A DNA stretch of 64,000 nt from Pseudomonadota bacterium (GCA_043821645.1 JBDRCO010000072.1:1-64000); one strand, 5' to 3'; counted from the first letter of the stretch, positions 13,577 through 23,544 are shown. A program made the numbers and translations. Notes: generated by a model not told the origin, from the sequence alone.

Positions 13577-14067
13577 ACGCCACGCCTCCCCTCGACGAGC
13601 TGTACCGGGAAGTGGTGCTGGAACACCATCGCCACCCGCGCGGCGCGCAGCCCTTGCGCCGTGTGGATGCGCGCGCCGAGGGTAAGAACCCGAGTTGCGG
13701 TGACGAGGTGGCCATGCAGCTCATGCTCGAGGACGGACGCATCGTTGGCCTCGAGGTGGTCTCGCAGGGCTGCGCGATCTCGACGGCCTCGGGCTCCATG
13801 CTGGCAGAACGTCTGCAGGGTCGCACGCTGGCCGAGGCGCGGCGGGTGGCCGACGTGTTCAAGGCTGCGCTTCACGGCGACCGGGTCCCGGCAGAGATCG
13901 ACCTGGGCGACCTGGAGGCACTGATCGGGGTGCAGAAGTTTCCCGTTCGCATCCGCTGTGCCCTGCTGCCCTGGGTGACCTTGCTCGAGGCCTTGCTGGA
14001 TGAGCAGGGGGCGCCACCGTCCGCGATCCACATCCGGTCCCGCGTCATCCCCGAGGAGATGCCATGA
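13570..14067 (+). CDS. sufU: SufU (NifU-like) sulfur-transfer protein
   Basis: LYREVVLEH, NPSCGD, GCAISTAS, FPVRIRCALLPW. Confidence 0.93.
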   Translation: MLNATPPLDELYREVVLEHHRHPRGAQPLRRVDARAEGKNPSCGDEVAMQLMLEDGRIVGLEVVSQGCAISTASGSMLAERLQGRTLAEARRVADVFKAALHGDRVPAEIDLGDLEALIGVQKFPVRIRCALLPWVTLLEALLDEQGAPPSAIHIRSRVIPEEMP

Positions 14068-14405
14068 CAGACCTGTCTCAGAACGAGACCACAGGCCTCC
14101 ACGAGAGCGACGTGCGCGAGGCCTTGATCGCGGTCGAGGATCCAGAGCTGGGCTATTCCATCGTCGAGCTTGGCCTGGTACGCGACATCGAAGTGGATGG
14201 TCCTGCACACCGGGTCAAGGTCTGGCTCACCCTGACCAGCCCCATGTGCCCCATGGGTCCCGAGATCATCCACAACACCGGGCTCGCCGTCCGCAGCTTG
14301 CAGGGTGTCGATGACGTCGAGGTCGAGCTGACCTGGGTGCCACCGTGGGATCCGCGCAAGGACTGTAGCGACGACATCAAGGCCGAACTGGGCATCTGGG
14401 ACTGA
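14064..14405 (+). CDS. Metal-sulfur cluster assembly factor (SufT/PaaD/DUF59)
   Basis: DPELGYSIVELGLV, TLTSPMCPM, TWVPPW. Confidence 0.9.
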   Translation: MTDLSQNETTGLHESDVREALIAVEDPELGYSIVELGLVRDIEVDGPAHRVKVWLTLTSPMCPMGPEIIHNTGLAVRSLQGVDDVEVELTWVPPWDPRKDCSDDIKAELGIWD

Positions 14406-14529
14406 GCAGGGCCACCCCGCTCGCGCCCGGCACTTTCGGCGTCAGGACCACGCGAACACGGTCTCTGCTTGGCAGCCGCGAGGCGCTCTGCCAACCTCTG
14501 CTTCACGCGACATGTAACGGGAGACGACC

Positions 14530-14985
14530 ATGACCGAACTGAAATCCGTCGACAACATCCTCGAGTTCGCGATCCGCCAGGAAGAAAAGGCTGAGGCCAT
14601 GTACCTGCGCCTGGCAGGCAAGGCCGGCCACGCGCACATGAAGCAGTCTCTCGAGGAATTCGCCGCCGAGGAGAGGCGCCACAAGCAGATCCTGCAGCAG
14701 ATCCACCAGAATGGAGGCCTGAGGCCCAGTGCCGAGCAGATCGCGACCCTGGGTCTGGCCGAGATGCTGCGCGAAGTCGACGAGGACACGGAGATGGACT
14801 ACCAGCAACTCCTGATCTTCGCCATGCAGCGCGAGAAGGATGCCTTTCGCATGTACTCGAGCCTCGCCGAGATCGCCCAGGACGAGAAGCTGCGCCTGAC
14901 CCTGCAGTCCCTCGCCCAGGAAGAAGCCAAGCACAAGCTGCGCTTCGAGATCGAATACGACCAGACCATCCTGACCGAGGGTTGA
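14530..14985 (+). CDS. Ferritin-like (rubrerythrin-domain) diiron protein
   Basis: Two helix pairs with EE..H ligands (EERRHK, EEAKHK); FAIRQE / FAMQRE repeats. Confidence 0.85.
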   Translation: MTELKSVDNILEFAIRQEEKAEAMYLRLAGKAGHAHMKQSLEEFAAEERRHKQILQQIHQNGGLRPSAEQIATLGLAEMLREVDEDTEMDYQQLLIFAMQREKDAFRMYSSLAEIAQDEKLRLTLQSLAQEEAKHKLRFEIEYDQTILTEG

Positions 14986-15103
14986 GGATCTGCTCCCCGG
15001 CAGCACACAGGCGGGGACGTTCTGAACAGGGCATCGCTCCGAAGTAGCTCGCCACAGCACCCTGGGCTAGTCTCTCGTCGTCACTGCACAACGAGGTGCG
15101 CCC

Positions 15104-17107
15104 ATGACAGCTACGCCTTCGCTCGACAACGAGCTCGTCGTCGCCAACACCCTGCGCTTCCTGGCCGTGGATCAGGTCCAGCAGGCACACTCGGGTCACC
15201 CTGGCCTGCCCATGGGCATGGCCGACGTGGCAAGTGTGCTGTGGTCACGCTTTCTGGTCTTCGATCCGGGGCATCCGGACTGGCCGGATCGCGATCGCTT
15301 CGTGCTCTCCGGAGGCCATGGCTCGGCTCTGCTCTATGCCCTGCTGCATGTGTCCGGCTTCGATCTCCCTCTTGACGAGCTCCAGAGATTCCGGCAGCTC
15401 GGGTCCCGCACTCCCGGCCACCCCGAGCACGGGTTGACCCCGGGCGTGGAGACCACCACCGGACCCCTCGGGCAGGGTCTCAGCAACGCCGTGGGCATGG
15501 CCCTGGCCGAGCGCTGGCTAGCGCATCGCTTCAACCGTCCCGGCCACAGCGTGGTGGATCACCGCACCTGGGTGTTCGCGGGCGACGGCGACCTCATGGA
15601 GGGACTGAGCCACGAGGTCGCGGTGCTTGCGGCCCACTGGGGCCTGGGCAAGCTGTGCCTGTTCTTCGACGACAACGGCATCACCATCGACGGCCCCACC
15701 CACCTGGCCACCTGCGAGGACGTGCTGGCGCGTTTCACCGCCTATGGCTGGCAGGTGCAGCGTGTCGACGGACACGACCACGAAGAAGTGGCCCGGGCCA
15801 TCGCGAGCAGCCTCGCGGAGACCGCACGCCCTTCGCTCATCGCCTGCCGCACCCACATCGGCTACGGCAGTCCCAATCGCCAGGACACGGCCAGGGCGCA
15901 CGGCGAACCCCTCGGTGTCGACGAGGTGCGCCTGGCCAAGCAGAAGCTAGGCTGGCCCGTGGACCAGAGCTTCGTGGTGCCTCAGGTGGCGCGCCAGGTC
16001 CTGGGCGAAGCTGCGCAGCGCGGTGCCCGCCGTCACGAGGCCTGGCAGCAAGGCCTGATCGGGTATCGTGCCGAACACCCGGGCGAGGCGGAGGTGCTGG
16101 AACGCGCGCTCAGTGGCGAATTGCCCGAGGGCTGGGACCACGACCTGCCGACCTTCAAGGCCGGAGACAGCCTGGCGACCCGCGCCGCCTCCGGTGCGAT
16201 CCTCACCTCCCTGGTCCACAATATCCCCACGCTACTCGGCGGTTCAGCGGACCTGACACCGTCGAACAACACCCGTGCCCGGGGTCAGGTGGCGCTCACG
16301 CGGGACGACATGGGAGGCCGTTACATCCACTTCGGTGTCCGCGAGCACGGCATGGCTGGCGTGCTCAACGGTCTGGCCCTCCACGGCGGGCTCATCCCCT
16401 TCGGCGGCACCTTTCTCACCTTCTCCGATTACATGCGTCCTTCGCTCCGCCTGGCCGCGATGATGCAGCAGCGGGTGGTCTTCGTGTTCACCCATGACAG
16501 CATCGGTCTGGGCGAGGACGGCCCCACCCACCAGCCCGTCGAGCATCTGATGGCCCTGCGGTCCATCCCTGGCCTCACGGTGATGCGCCCCGGCGACGCG
16601 CGCGAGACCCTGGTGTGCTGGAGAGCGGCGGTGACCCGCCAGGGACCGACGGCTCTGTGCCTGACGCGGCAAGGTCTGCCGGTGCTGGACAGGGAGCGCT
16701 ACGCCGACGCCGAGGGCGCGCTGCGCGGCGCCTATGTGCTCAGTGACGTCGAGAATCCGCGCGTGATCTTGATCGGCACGGGCTCGGAGCTCCACCTCTG
16801 CCTCGCTGCTCAGGATCAGCTCCTGACCCAGGGCGTGGCCGCGCGTGTCGTCTCCATGCCGTGCTGGGAGCTGTTCGAGGAGCAGAACCCGGCGTACCGG
16901 GAAACGGTGCTCCCGGCTTCCATTCGCGCCCGGGTCGCCATAGAGGCCGGTGTGACGACGGGCTGGGAGCGCTACACGGGCGACTCGGGCAGGATCCTGG
17001 GCATGGCCAGCTACGGAGCTTCGGCCCCGGCCAAGCAGCTGTTCGCGCACTTCGGGCTCACGGTCGAGGCTGTGATCCTGGCCGCGAATCAGGTGAGTCA
17101 GAAATAG
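15104..17107 (+). CDS. tkt: Transketolase
   Basis: SGHPGLPMG, TTGPLGQG, GDGDLMEG, GSADLTPSN, HFGVREHGM, THDSIGLGEDGPTHQPVEHL. Confidence 0.98.
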   Translation: MTATPSLDNELVVANTLRFLAVDQVQQAHSGHPGLPMGMADVASVLWSRFLVFDPGHPDWPDRDRFVLSGGHGSALLYALLHVSGFDLPLDELQRFRQLGSRTPGHPEHGLTPGVETTTGPLGQGLSNAVGMALAERWLAHRFNRPGHSVVDHRTWVFAGDGDLMEGLSHEVAVLAAHWGLGKLCLFFDDNGITIDGPTHLATCEDVLARFTAYGWQVQRVDGHDHEEVARAIASSLAETARPSLIACRTHIGYGSPNRQDTARAHGEPLGVDEVRLAKQKLGWPVDQSFVVPQVARQVLGEAAQRGARRHEAWQQGLIGYRAEHPGEAEVLERALSGELPEGWDHDLPTFKAGDSLATRAASGAILTSLVHNIPTLLGGSADLTPSNNTRARGQVALTRDDMGGRYIHFGVREHGMAGVLNGLALHGGLIPFGGTFLTFSDYMRPSLRLAAMMQQRVVFVFTHDSIGLGEDGPTHQPVEHLMALRSIPGLTVMRPGDARETLVCWRAAVTRQGPTALCLTRQGLPVLDRERYADAEGALRGAYVLSDVENPRVILIGTGSELHLCLAAQDQLLTQGVAARVVSMPCWELFEEQNPAYRETVLPASIRARVAIEAGVTTGWERYTGDSGRILGMASYGASAPAKQLFAHFGLTVEAVILAANQVSQK

Positions 17108-17138
17108 CTGCCGCGGACCAAAGCGCGGCGAGACGCGT

Positions 17139-17753
17139 TCAGCGGATCTGGATACAGGTCGGGGCGTCGAAGACACCGCTTGCCGCGCCTCCACCCTCGG
17201 GAAACTCGACACTGAAGTTGCCCTTGGCGCGCCCACCCTCCTCGAGAGCCTCGAGCTGAACCAGGCCCGAGTGTGCAGCGCGATTGACCGCACACTGCGG
17301 CCCCGCGTCCTCGGTGCCCGCATCCAGCCCAGGACCCGTGCTGCAATGTTCAAAGGTCTGCAGGGTCACCGTGGCAGTGGGTGGCGGCCGCCCTCCCCCG
17401 GGAGGGCCAGCGTAGTCCAGCCCCACAACCTGGTAGTCCTGCACCTGGGTACCATTGATGGTGATCACCAGCGAGGGGTCGACGGTGTCGATGGGATCCA
17501 GCACGGCCTCACAGAGATCGGAACGCGGCGCGATGCGCACCACGGTCAGCGCTGTGGCGCCACTGTGTTCGATCTTGTGCCCGGCGCTGGCACCCTCGAA
17601 GCCGACGCCGTAGGGCGTGCCGTCCACCCGGGTCAACCCAGCGCTGGAGCCCGTGTCAAAAAGGGGACAGGCCGCCCCCCCGGTCACCACGGGCGCGAGG
17701 AGGGCGAGCGCAGGTAACCAGGACACGCGACGAAACCGGAAGGAGGGGTGCAT
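17139..17753 (-). CDS. Hypothetical lipoprotein
   Basis: Basic N-region, hydrophobic stretch and GAAC lipobox-like motif; DAG linker; -10-like hexamer 6 nt upstream of the ATG. Confidence 0.6.
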   Translation of the reverse strand: MHPSFRFRRVSWLPALALLAPVVTGGAACPLFDTGSSAGLTRVDGTPYGVGFEGASAGHKIEHSGATALTVVRIAPRSDLCEAVLDPIDTVDPSLVITINGTQVQDYQVVGLDYAGPPGGGRPPPTATVTLQTFEHCSTGPGLDAGTEDAGPQCAVNRAAHSGLVQLEALEEGGRAKGNFSVEFPEGGGAASGVFDAPTCIQIR

Positions 17754-17784
17754 GGGCGCAGGATAGCACATATGATTCGCTGCC
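17754..17784. promoter_or_regulatory. Putative bidirectional promoter (back-to-back -10 elements) for two leaderless genes
   Basis: Plus strand TATGAT at 17771-17776; minus strand TG-C-TATCCT at 17768-17760; only 31 bp between the divergent ATGs and no SD. Confidence 0.55.
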
Positions 17785-18741
17785 ATGCAGGGCTTCCCCT
17801 ACCGCGTGGTCAAGCGCCTCCCCGCCGGCGGGATGTGCGACGTGTTGCTCGCCTTGCGCCAGCCGGACCAGCGCCCGGTCGTGCTCAAGATCCTCAACGC
17901 GCAGCACCGTGCGAACCCGCTGTCCGTCGAGAAGTTCCTCAGTGAGTCCGACCTTCTCGCACTGCTCGAACACCCCAACGTGGTGCGCCGCGAGGACGTG
18001 GGAACCTTTCAGGACGTGCCCTACCTGGTGCTCGAATACATCCCGGGAGTGGATCTCCAGCACCTGCTCGAGGCCGGGCTGTCCGCGGACCGGCTGCCGT
18101 CGACAGGAACCGCTGCCTACATCGTGGGCGAGCTGCTCAAGGCCCTGGCCCACGTGCACCGCGCCACCTCGGCGACCGGGGAACCACTTGGCCTGGTGCA
18201 CAGAGACATCAAGCCGTCCAATATCATGCTGGGCTTCGACGGTAGTGTGCGGCTGCTCGACTTCGGCATCGCCGTGGCGGCCCAGGTGGAGGGTGGCCAA
18301 CCTGCTGCCGTCGAGGGCACCCTGGCCTACCTGGCGCCAGAGCAGGTCCTGGGGGAGCCCGTCGATCCCCGGGCGGATCTCTACGCCGCCGGCGCCGTGC
18401 TCTACCAGCTGACCACCCTGGAGCCACCCTTCGGTGCCTTCGGCGAGGACGAGGACACTGTCCTGACCCAGATCGTCGACGGGGCCCTGCGCCGTCCCCG
18501 CGACTGGGTTCCCGGCTACGATCGCCGCATCGAGAAGCTGGTGCTCAAGGCCCTGGCGCGCAAACCAGGCCGCCGGTTTCAACGTGCCGAGGACATGGCC
18601 GTGGCCCTGAGCGATTTCCGCGATCCCATGATCTCGGGCGAACTCGGGCTGCGAAGTCTGCTCGATCTCCTGTTCGCCGAACGCCGCGACCGCCTGGCTG
18701 GCCTGGTGCACGCCACGGTACCCGTCGGGCAGCGCCGCTAG
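17785..18741 (+). CDS. Hanks-type Ser/Thr protein kinase (kinase domain only)
   Basis: AGGMCDV, VVLK, HRDIKPSN, DFG, GTLAYLAPEQ, DLYAAG; no transmembrane segment. Confidence 0.92.
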   Translation: MQGFPYRVVKRLPAGGMCDVLLALRQPDQRPVVLKILNAQHRANPLSVEKFLSESDLLALLEHPNVVRREDVGTFQDVPYLVLEYIPGVDLQHLLEAGLSADRLPSTGTAAYIVGELLKALAHVHRATSATGEPLGLVHRDIKPSNIMLGFDGSVRLLDFGIAVAAQVEGGQPAAVEGTLAYLAPEQVLGEPVDPRADLYAAGAVLYQLTTLEPPFGAFGEDEDTVLTQIVDGALRRPRDWVPGYDRRIEKLVLKALARKPGRRFQRAEDMAVALSDFRDPMISGELGLRSLLDLLFAERRDRLAGLVHATVPVGQRR

Positions 18742-18803
18742 CGGTTCCCTTCGGACCCTCAGGATCGTATGAAGCAAGCCTTCCTTTTTTTGCGGAGGTC
18801 GCC

Positions 18804-20174
18804 GTGCGTACCATCATCGAGCCGTTTCGCATCAAGATGGTCGAGCCCATCCACATGACGACCCAGGAGGAGCGGCAGCGCTATCTGATCGAGGCGGGAT
18901 ACAACCTGTTCAAGATCAGCGCTCGCCACATCCTGATCGATCTTCTCACCGACAGTGGTACCGGTGCCATGAGCGCGAACCAGTGGGCTGCCATGATGCG
19001 CGGCGACGAGTCCTACGCCGGTGCGATCAGCTTCGAGAACTTTCAGCGCGCTGTGCGCGACATCACAGGCTTCAAGCATGTGATCCCGACCCACCAGGGG
19101 CGCGCAGCCGAACGCATCCTCGCCGCGGTGCTGTGCCGGCCCGGGCATGTGATTCCCAACAACACCCACTTCGACACCACCCGCGCCAACATCGAGGCCA
19201 CCGGCGCTCGCGCCGTCGATCTCCCCTGCGCCGAGGCGCGCCACACCGGCGAGCCCCATCCCTTCAAGGGCAACATGGACCTCGCGGCGCTCGAGCGCTG
19301 CCTCGTCGACAACAAGGGGCACGTGCCCTTCGTGATGATGACCGTGACCAACAACGGGGGTGGTGGCCAGCCCGTGTCCATGGCCAATCTGCGCGCGACC
19401 AGCGAGCTGTGCCGACGCCACAGCGTGCCCTTCTACATCGATGCCTGCCGCTTCGCGGAGAATGCCTACTTCATCCGGGCCCGCGAGCCTGGCTACGCCG
19501 ACAGGCCCGTCATCGACATCGCCCGGGAGATGTTCCGCCTGGCCGACGGCTGCACCATGAGCGCCAAGAAGGACGGCATGGTCAACATTGGCGGCTTCCT
19601 GTGCAGCAACGACGACGCCGTGGCGCTGCAGGAGAAGGACCTGTTGATCCTGACCGAGGGCTTTCCGACCTATGGCGGCCTGGCCGGGCGCGACCTCGAT
19701 GCCATCGCCGTGGGCCTGTACGAGGCCCTGGACCCGGATTACCTGGAGTACCGCCACGCCTCGACACGCTACCTGGGTGAGCACCTGAGCCAGGTGGGTA
19801 TCCCCATCGTGCAGCCGCCGGGGGGCCACGCCATCTACATCGACGCGGGCAAGATGTTGCCGCACATCAAGCCCCTGGAGTACCCGGGCCAGGCCCTGTC
19901 CATCGCGCTGTACCTGCACGGCGGTATTCGCAGCGTCGAGCTCGGCTCGATCATGCTGGGACACCGGGATCCCGCGACAGGCGAAGAGAGTCCCGCGCCC
20001 CACGAACTGGTGCGCCTGGCCATTCCACGGCGCGTCTACACGCAGAGCCACATCGACTACGTGGTGGAGGCCGCCACCGAGGTTCATGCGCAGCGCGAGA
20101 AGCTGCGAGGCGTGCGCATCACCTACCAGCCCGCGGCGCTGAGGCACTTCACGGCGAACTACGAGTTGATCTGA
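18804..20174 (+). CDS. tnaA: Tryptophanase (tryptophan indole-lyase)
   Basis: EPFRIKMVEP, IDLLTDSGT, THQGRAAE, MSAKKD (PLP Lys), RLAIPRRVYT, LRHFTA. The SAKK and RHFT forms favour tryptophanase over tyrosine phenol-lyase. Confidence 0.9.
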   Translation: MRTIIEPFRIKMVEPIHMTTQEERQRYLIEAGYNLFKISARHILIDLLTDSGTGAMSANQWAAMMRGDESYAGAISFENFQRAVRDITGFKHVIPTHQGRAAERILAAVLCRPGHVIPNNTHFDTTRANIEATGARAVDLPCAEARHTGEPHPFKGNMDLAALERCLVDNKGHVPFVMMTVTNNGGGGQPVSMANLRATSELCRRHSVPFYIDACRFAENAYFIRAREPGYADRPVIDIAREMFRLADGCTMSAKKDGMVNIGGFLCSNDDAVALQEKDLLILTEGFPTYGGLAGRDLDAIAVGLYEALDPDYLEYRHASTRYLGEHLSQVGIPIVQPPGGHAIYIDAGKMLPHIKPLEYPGQALSIALYLHGGIRSVELGSIMLGHRDPATGEESPAPHELVRLAIPRRVYTQSHIDYVVEAATEVHAQREKLRGVRITYQPAALRHFTANYELI

Positions 20175-20194
20175 GCCTCGACGGCGACACCGAT

Positions 20195-21232
20195 TCAGTC
20201 GACGGCAGCGACGAAGGTCTCGAGGATCTTGCGCGAGTTCTCGTCGACGGTGCGAGGCACGTCGAGCTGCACCTCGACGAAGAGGTCGCCCTTGCCGCCG
20301 CCCTTGAGACGCGGCGCCCCCTTGCCCTTGAGGCGGAACTTCTGTCCACCCTGGGTCCCGGGCGGGATGTTCATGGCCACCGAGCCGTCCGTGGTGGGGA
20401 CGTCGACCCGGGCGCCCAGGATCGCCAGGTGAAAGGGGATCCGGATCTCGGTGTGCAGATCGTCGGCCTCCCGCTTGAACACCGGGTCCTCGTCGACCTG
20501 AACAACGATGTAGAGATCCCCTGCCGTCCCCCCGCGCTTGCCGCTGGCACCCTTGCCCTTGAGGCGCACCCGCGAGCCGGTGGTGACACCCGGCGGAATA
20601 CCGACCTTGAGTTTCTCGGTCTGCGAGCGCACGCCGACCCCGGCGCAGGCCCGGCAATCCTCGCTCGCGGCGCGGCCGGTGCCGTTGCATCGCGGACACG
20701 TGCGCGCGAAGGGCACGGGCCCACGCGCCCGTCGAACGCCCTCGCCCTGGCACTCGGGGCAGGTCATGGGCGCCGCCCCATCCCGGCTGCCGCTGCCCTT
20801 GCAGTCCGGACAGCCGCGGTCCAGCGTCACCTCGATGGACGGCTGGGCGCCGTTGATCGCGTCCTGGAGCGACAGCGTGAGCTGGGTCTCGACGTCGACG
20901 CCGGGCTCGGGGCCTGGTGCCTTGCGCCGCGCGCCAAACAGGTCGCTGAACAGGTCCCCCAGATCGGTGAACCCCGAAAAAGGATCCGCACTGCTGGAGC
21001 CGCCAGCGCCGGGGCTGTCGCGGTGACCGAACATGTCGTACGAGCGGCGCTTCTTCTTGTCCGACAGCACCGAGTACGCCTGGCTGGCTTCCTTGAACTT
21101 GTCCTCGGCGTTCCTGTCGCCGGGGTTCTTGTCCGGGTGGTGCTTGAGGGCGAGCTTGCGATAGGCGCTCTTGATCTCGGCGTCGGTCGCGTTGCGCCGC
21201 ACCCCCAGCACTTCGTAGTAATCGCGCGCCAT
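20195..21232 (-). CDS. dnaJ: Molecular chaperone DnaJ (class A)
   Basis: [16 protein letters not shown], four CxxCxGxG repeats, C-terminal GDLY/GDLF domain. Confidence 0.93.
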   Translation of the reverse strand: MARDYYEVLGVRRNATDAEIKSAYRKLALKHHPDKNPGDRNAEDKFKEASQAYSVLSDKKKRRSYDMFGHRDSPGAGGSSSADPFSGFTDLGDLFSDLFGARRKAPGPEPGVDVETQLTLSLQDAINGAQPSIEVTLDRGCPDCKGSGSRDGAAPMTCPECQGEGVRRARGPVPFARTCPRCNGTGRAASEDCRACAGVGVRSQTEKLKVGIPPGVTTGSRVRLKGKGASGKRGGTAGDLYIVVQVDEDPVFKREADDLHTEIRIPFHLAILGARVDVPTTDGSVAMNIPPGTQGGQKFRLKGKGAPRLKGGGKGDLFVEVQLDVPRTVDENSRKILETFVAAVD

Positions 21233-21350
21233 GCTTGTCTGTCGTCTCCCTGGCGACGACCCGGGATGGCTCGCCAGGGGCCCAATCTAGCACCCCGTGC
21301 GCTTGCGCTCCAGCCGATGTGCAGGGTGGTGCAGCCCCCGAGACCGGAGC

Positions 21351-21779
21351 TCAGCGCGACTTGCCCGAGAGGTGGGCACGGGCGACGATCATGTCGACCA
21401 GATCGCGGTGCCCGGCGATGAGCGACGTGAAGCACAACCCATCCCAGCGGGTACGAACGTCGTAGTTGGTGAGCCCCGGCACCGGCACCACGCGAACTTC
21501 GAGGATGTCGTCAAAGGAATAGGACCGAAAGGCCAGCACCCCCTTGTAGGTGACCGCATACTCGTCGACCGTGATGCGCATGGACCAGTAGTAAAGGCCG
21601 ACCAGGGTGAACAGACCCACGAAGAAGGCCATGCTCACCCACACCTGCAGTGGCAAGGTCAGACCACCGATCACCGACGTGAGCACGATCCCCACCCAGA
21701 ACGACAGCGCCACGGCGACCGGCACGCGCAACCACAAGGCGGGCCTGAAGACACGGGTCTTGTCGCTGCGAGACCTCAT
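21351..21779 (-). CDS. Small membrane protein with two TM helices and a PH-like C-terminal domain
   Basis: MRSRSDKTRVFRP start, two hydrophobic helices, then RITVDEYAVTY...YSFDDILEV; TACACT 6 nt upstream of the ATG. Confidence 0.6.
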   Translation of the reverse strand: MRSRSDKTRVFRPALWLRVPVAVALSFWVGIVLTSVIGGLTLPLQVWVSMAFFVGLFTLVGLYYWSMRITVDEYAVTYKGVLAFRSYSFDDILEVRVVPVPGLTNYDVRTRWDGLCFTSLIAGHRDLVDMIVARAHLSGKSR

Positions 21780-22004
21780 GATCAAAGTGTAATCGCCACC
21801 CTGTGGCCCCGCAACCAGGTGCCCTCGTCTCCAGGTCCAGCCGCCAGGCCATGGTTGCCGACACCGGGCTCCAAGCTCGCGTCCTGCCTGAGCTCTCTGG
21901 CCACAGCGGGATCCGTGCCCGGCGCGTTGACGCTTCGTGGTGATCGCGGTTTGATGCCCGCTGGGCTGCGACCGTCGCGGAGACGCCCTCGAGCGAGGAC
22001 AGGC

Positions 22005-23459
22005 ATGCGAGCGACACACTTTGCCCTGAGTCTGATCGTACTGCTGGCCGCGCCAGCTGCCGCGCAGGACGATGAGGACCTGGATTTTTCCCTGGGCACA
22101 ACCGGGACCGAGGATGCGGATACCGGAGAGGCCACTGCCGGAGATGCGGTCCCCGAGACCCCGCCCGCGACCACCGCGGAGGAACCCGAGCCCGCCGCCG
22201 CCAGCGAGGTGCCCATCACCGAGCAGAGCGGCCGCACCGCGCTGAGCGAAGGCCAGAAAAGACGCGTGCTGGCCAGCCTGGCCTACATCGATCCCTCCTT
22301 GCCACCCCAGCGTGTGGCCGAGATGGAGCACGTGCTCAAGCAGGCCATGCTCGGTCGCCCCGATGTCGACGTGCTGGATCTGCGACGCGCCCTGGAGCCA
22401 AACTCCGGCGCAGACGCGCGACGCCTGGTGGCGGACGCCGAGGCGCGCCTGGCTGCAGGCAAGTCGGCGTACGAGAACCTCGAGGCAGACCAGGCCGTCG
22501 AGCAGCTCACCCAGGCCTGCGAACGCTTCGAGACCGGGTACGCCGCCGTGCAGACCCCCGACAAGATGGTCGAGGCGCATGTGTTTCTGGCCAGTGTGCT
22601 GCTTCAGACAGGCAGCCTCGACAAGGCCCGCATCCACTACCGCACCGCCCTGTACTTGGATCCCAAGCTCGACCTGGATCCCAACCGCTTCGCGCCTGAG
22701 GACATCGAGGCTCTGGAGATCGTCCGGCGAGAGATCATCCAGGAAGAGACCGGCAGCGCGGACATCACGTCGGCACCGGTCTCGGCACGGGTGTACATCG
22801 ACGGCGTTTACCGCGGCACCACACCGGTCAAGGTCACGGACCTGCCCCGCGGCTATCACTACCTCCTCGTCGAGCGGGATGGGTACGAGCGCATTGCGGG
22901 TGTCGTCGAGATCACCCCCCGGCGCAGCCAGAACTTCGAGCAGAACCTGATCGCCCTGAGGCGTTTCGCGGATCTCCAGCGCTCGCTGGCCTCGGTGAAT
23001 CCCGACGCCAACGACCTGGGCGGCACCGTCGAGACCCTGCGCAATGTGCTACCTGGTGATGGTTTCGTGCTGCTCACGGCGCGCATGCGTGCCGACGGGG
23101 TGGGGCTCGATGCGCGGGTCCACTACGTGGACTTCGAGAGCGGTCACCGGCTCCGCCACTCCGATGGTCAACTGCCCCTCAATGCGACGCGGGCGGTGCC
23201 GGCTCTCCGGGCACTGGTCGACGACGCCATGGATCTCTCCAAGGGGGTCGAGGACGCTCCTCGGCAGCCCCTGACCCTGGTGGTCGAGGACACGGGTGAG
23301 CCCATCGAGATCCCATGGATGCCCATCCTGGCCGGAGCCGGAGGCGTGGTGGTGGTGGGCGCGGTGGCCGCAGGCGTGGTGTTTGCCGTCGGCACACTGA
23401 CCACTCCGTCGGCACGACCCCTGAGCGGAGGCGGCCGGGTGGCGGTGCTGGGCTTCTAG
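22005..23459 (+). CDS. Secreted TPR + PEGA domain protein with a C-terminal TM helix
   Basis: Signal peptide; TPR-like helices; PEGA motif ITSAPVSARVYIDGVYRGTTP...GYHYLLVERDGY; hydrophobic C-terminus. Confidence 0.82.
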   Translation: MRATHFALSLIVLLAAPAAAQDDEDLDFSLGTTGTEDADTGEATAGDAVPETPPATTAEEPEPAAASEVPITEQSGRTALSEGQKRRVLASLAYIDPSLPPQRVAEMEHVLKQAMLGRPDVDVLDLRRALEPNSGADARRLVADAEARLAAGKSAYENLEADQAVEQLTQACERFETGYAAVQTPDKMVEAHVFLASVLLQTGSLDKARIHYRTALYLDPKLDLDPNRFAPEDIEALEIVRREIIQEETGSADITSAPVSARVYIDGVYRGTTPVKVTDLPRGYHYLLVERDGYERIAGVVEITPRRSQNFEQNLIALRRFADLQRSLASVNPDANDLGGTVETLRNVLPGDGFVLLTARMRADGVGLDARVHYVDFESGHRLRHSDGQLPLNATRAVPALRALVDDAMDLSKGVEDAPRQPLTLVVEDTGEPIEIPWMPILAGAGGVVVVGAVAAGVVFAVGTLTTPSARPLSGGGRVAVLGF

Positions 23460-23544
23460 TCTCGCTGCCTGGCGACGGGCGCGGATCCAGGCAGGCCGGG
23501 TGCCACGACACAGACACACAGCGTGGCTGGGTGGAACACGAATC

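Noticed and set aside
14530-14985. Ferritin-like protein as encapsulin cargo
   Set aside because: No LTVGSL-type targeting peptide and no encapsulin gene in the window.
18769-18858. Short Trp-containing ORF (MKQAFLFLRR...) overlapping the tnaA start as a possible TnaC leader
   Set aside because: Lacks the TnaC W-x3-D...P-stop pattern and overlaps the CDS instead of preceding it.
18759-21293. 844-aa minus-strand ORF spanning dnaJ and tnaA
   Set aside because: Off-frame to dnaJ and antisense to tnaA; typical high-GC stop-codon scarcity.
21284-21310. CIRCE element upstream of dnaJ
   Set aside because: Only a TAGCAC half-site; the second arm is missing and the motif is better explained as an extended -10.
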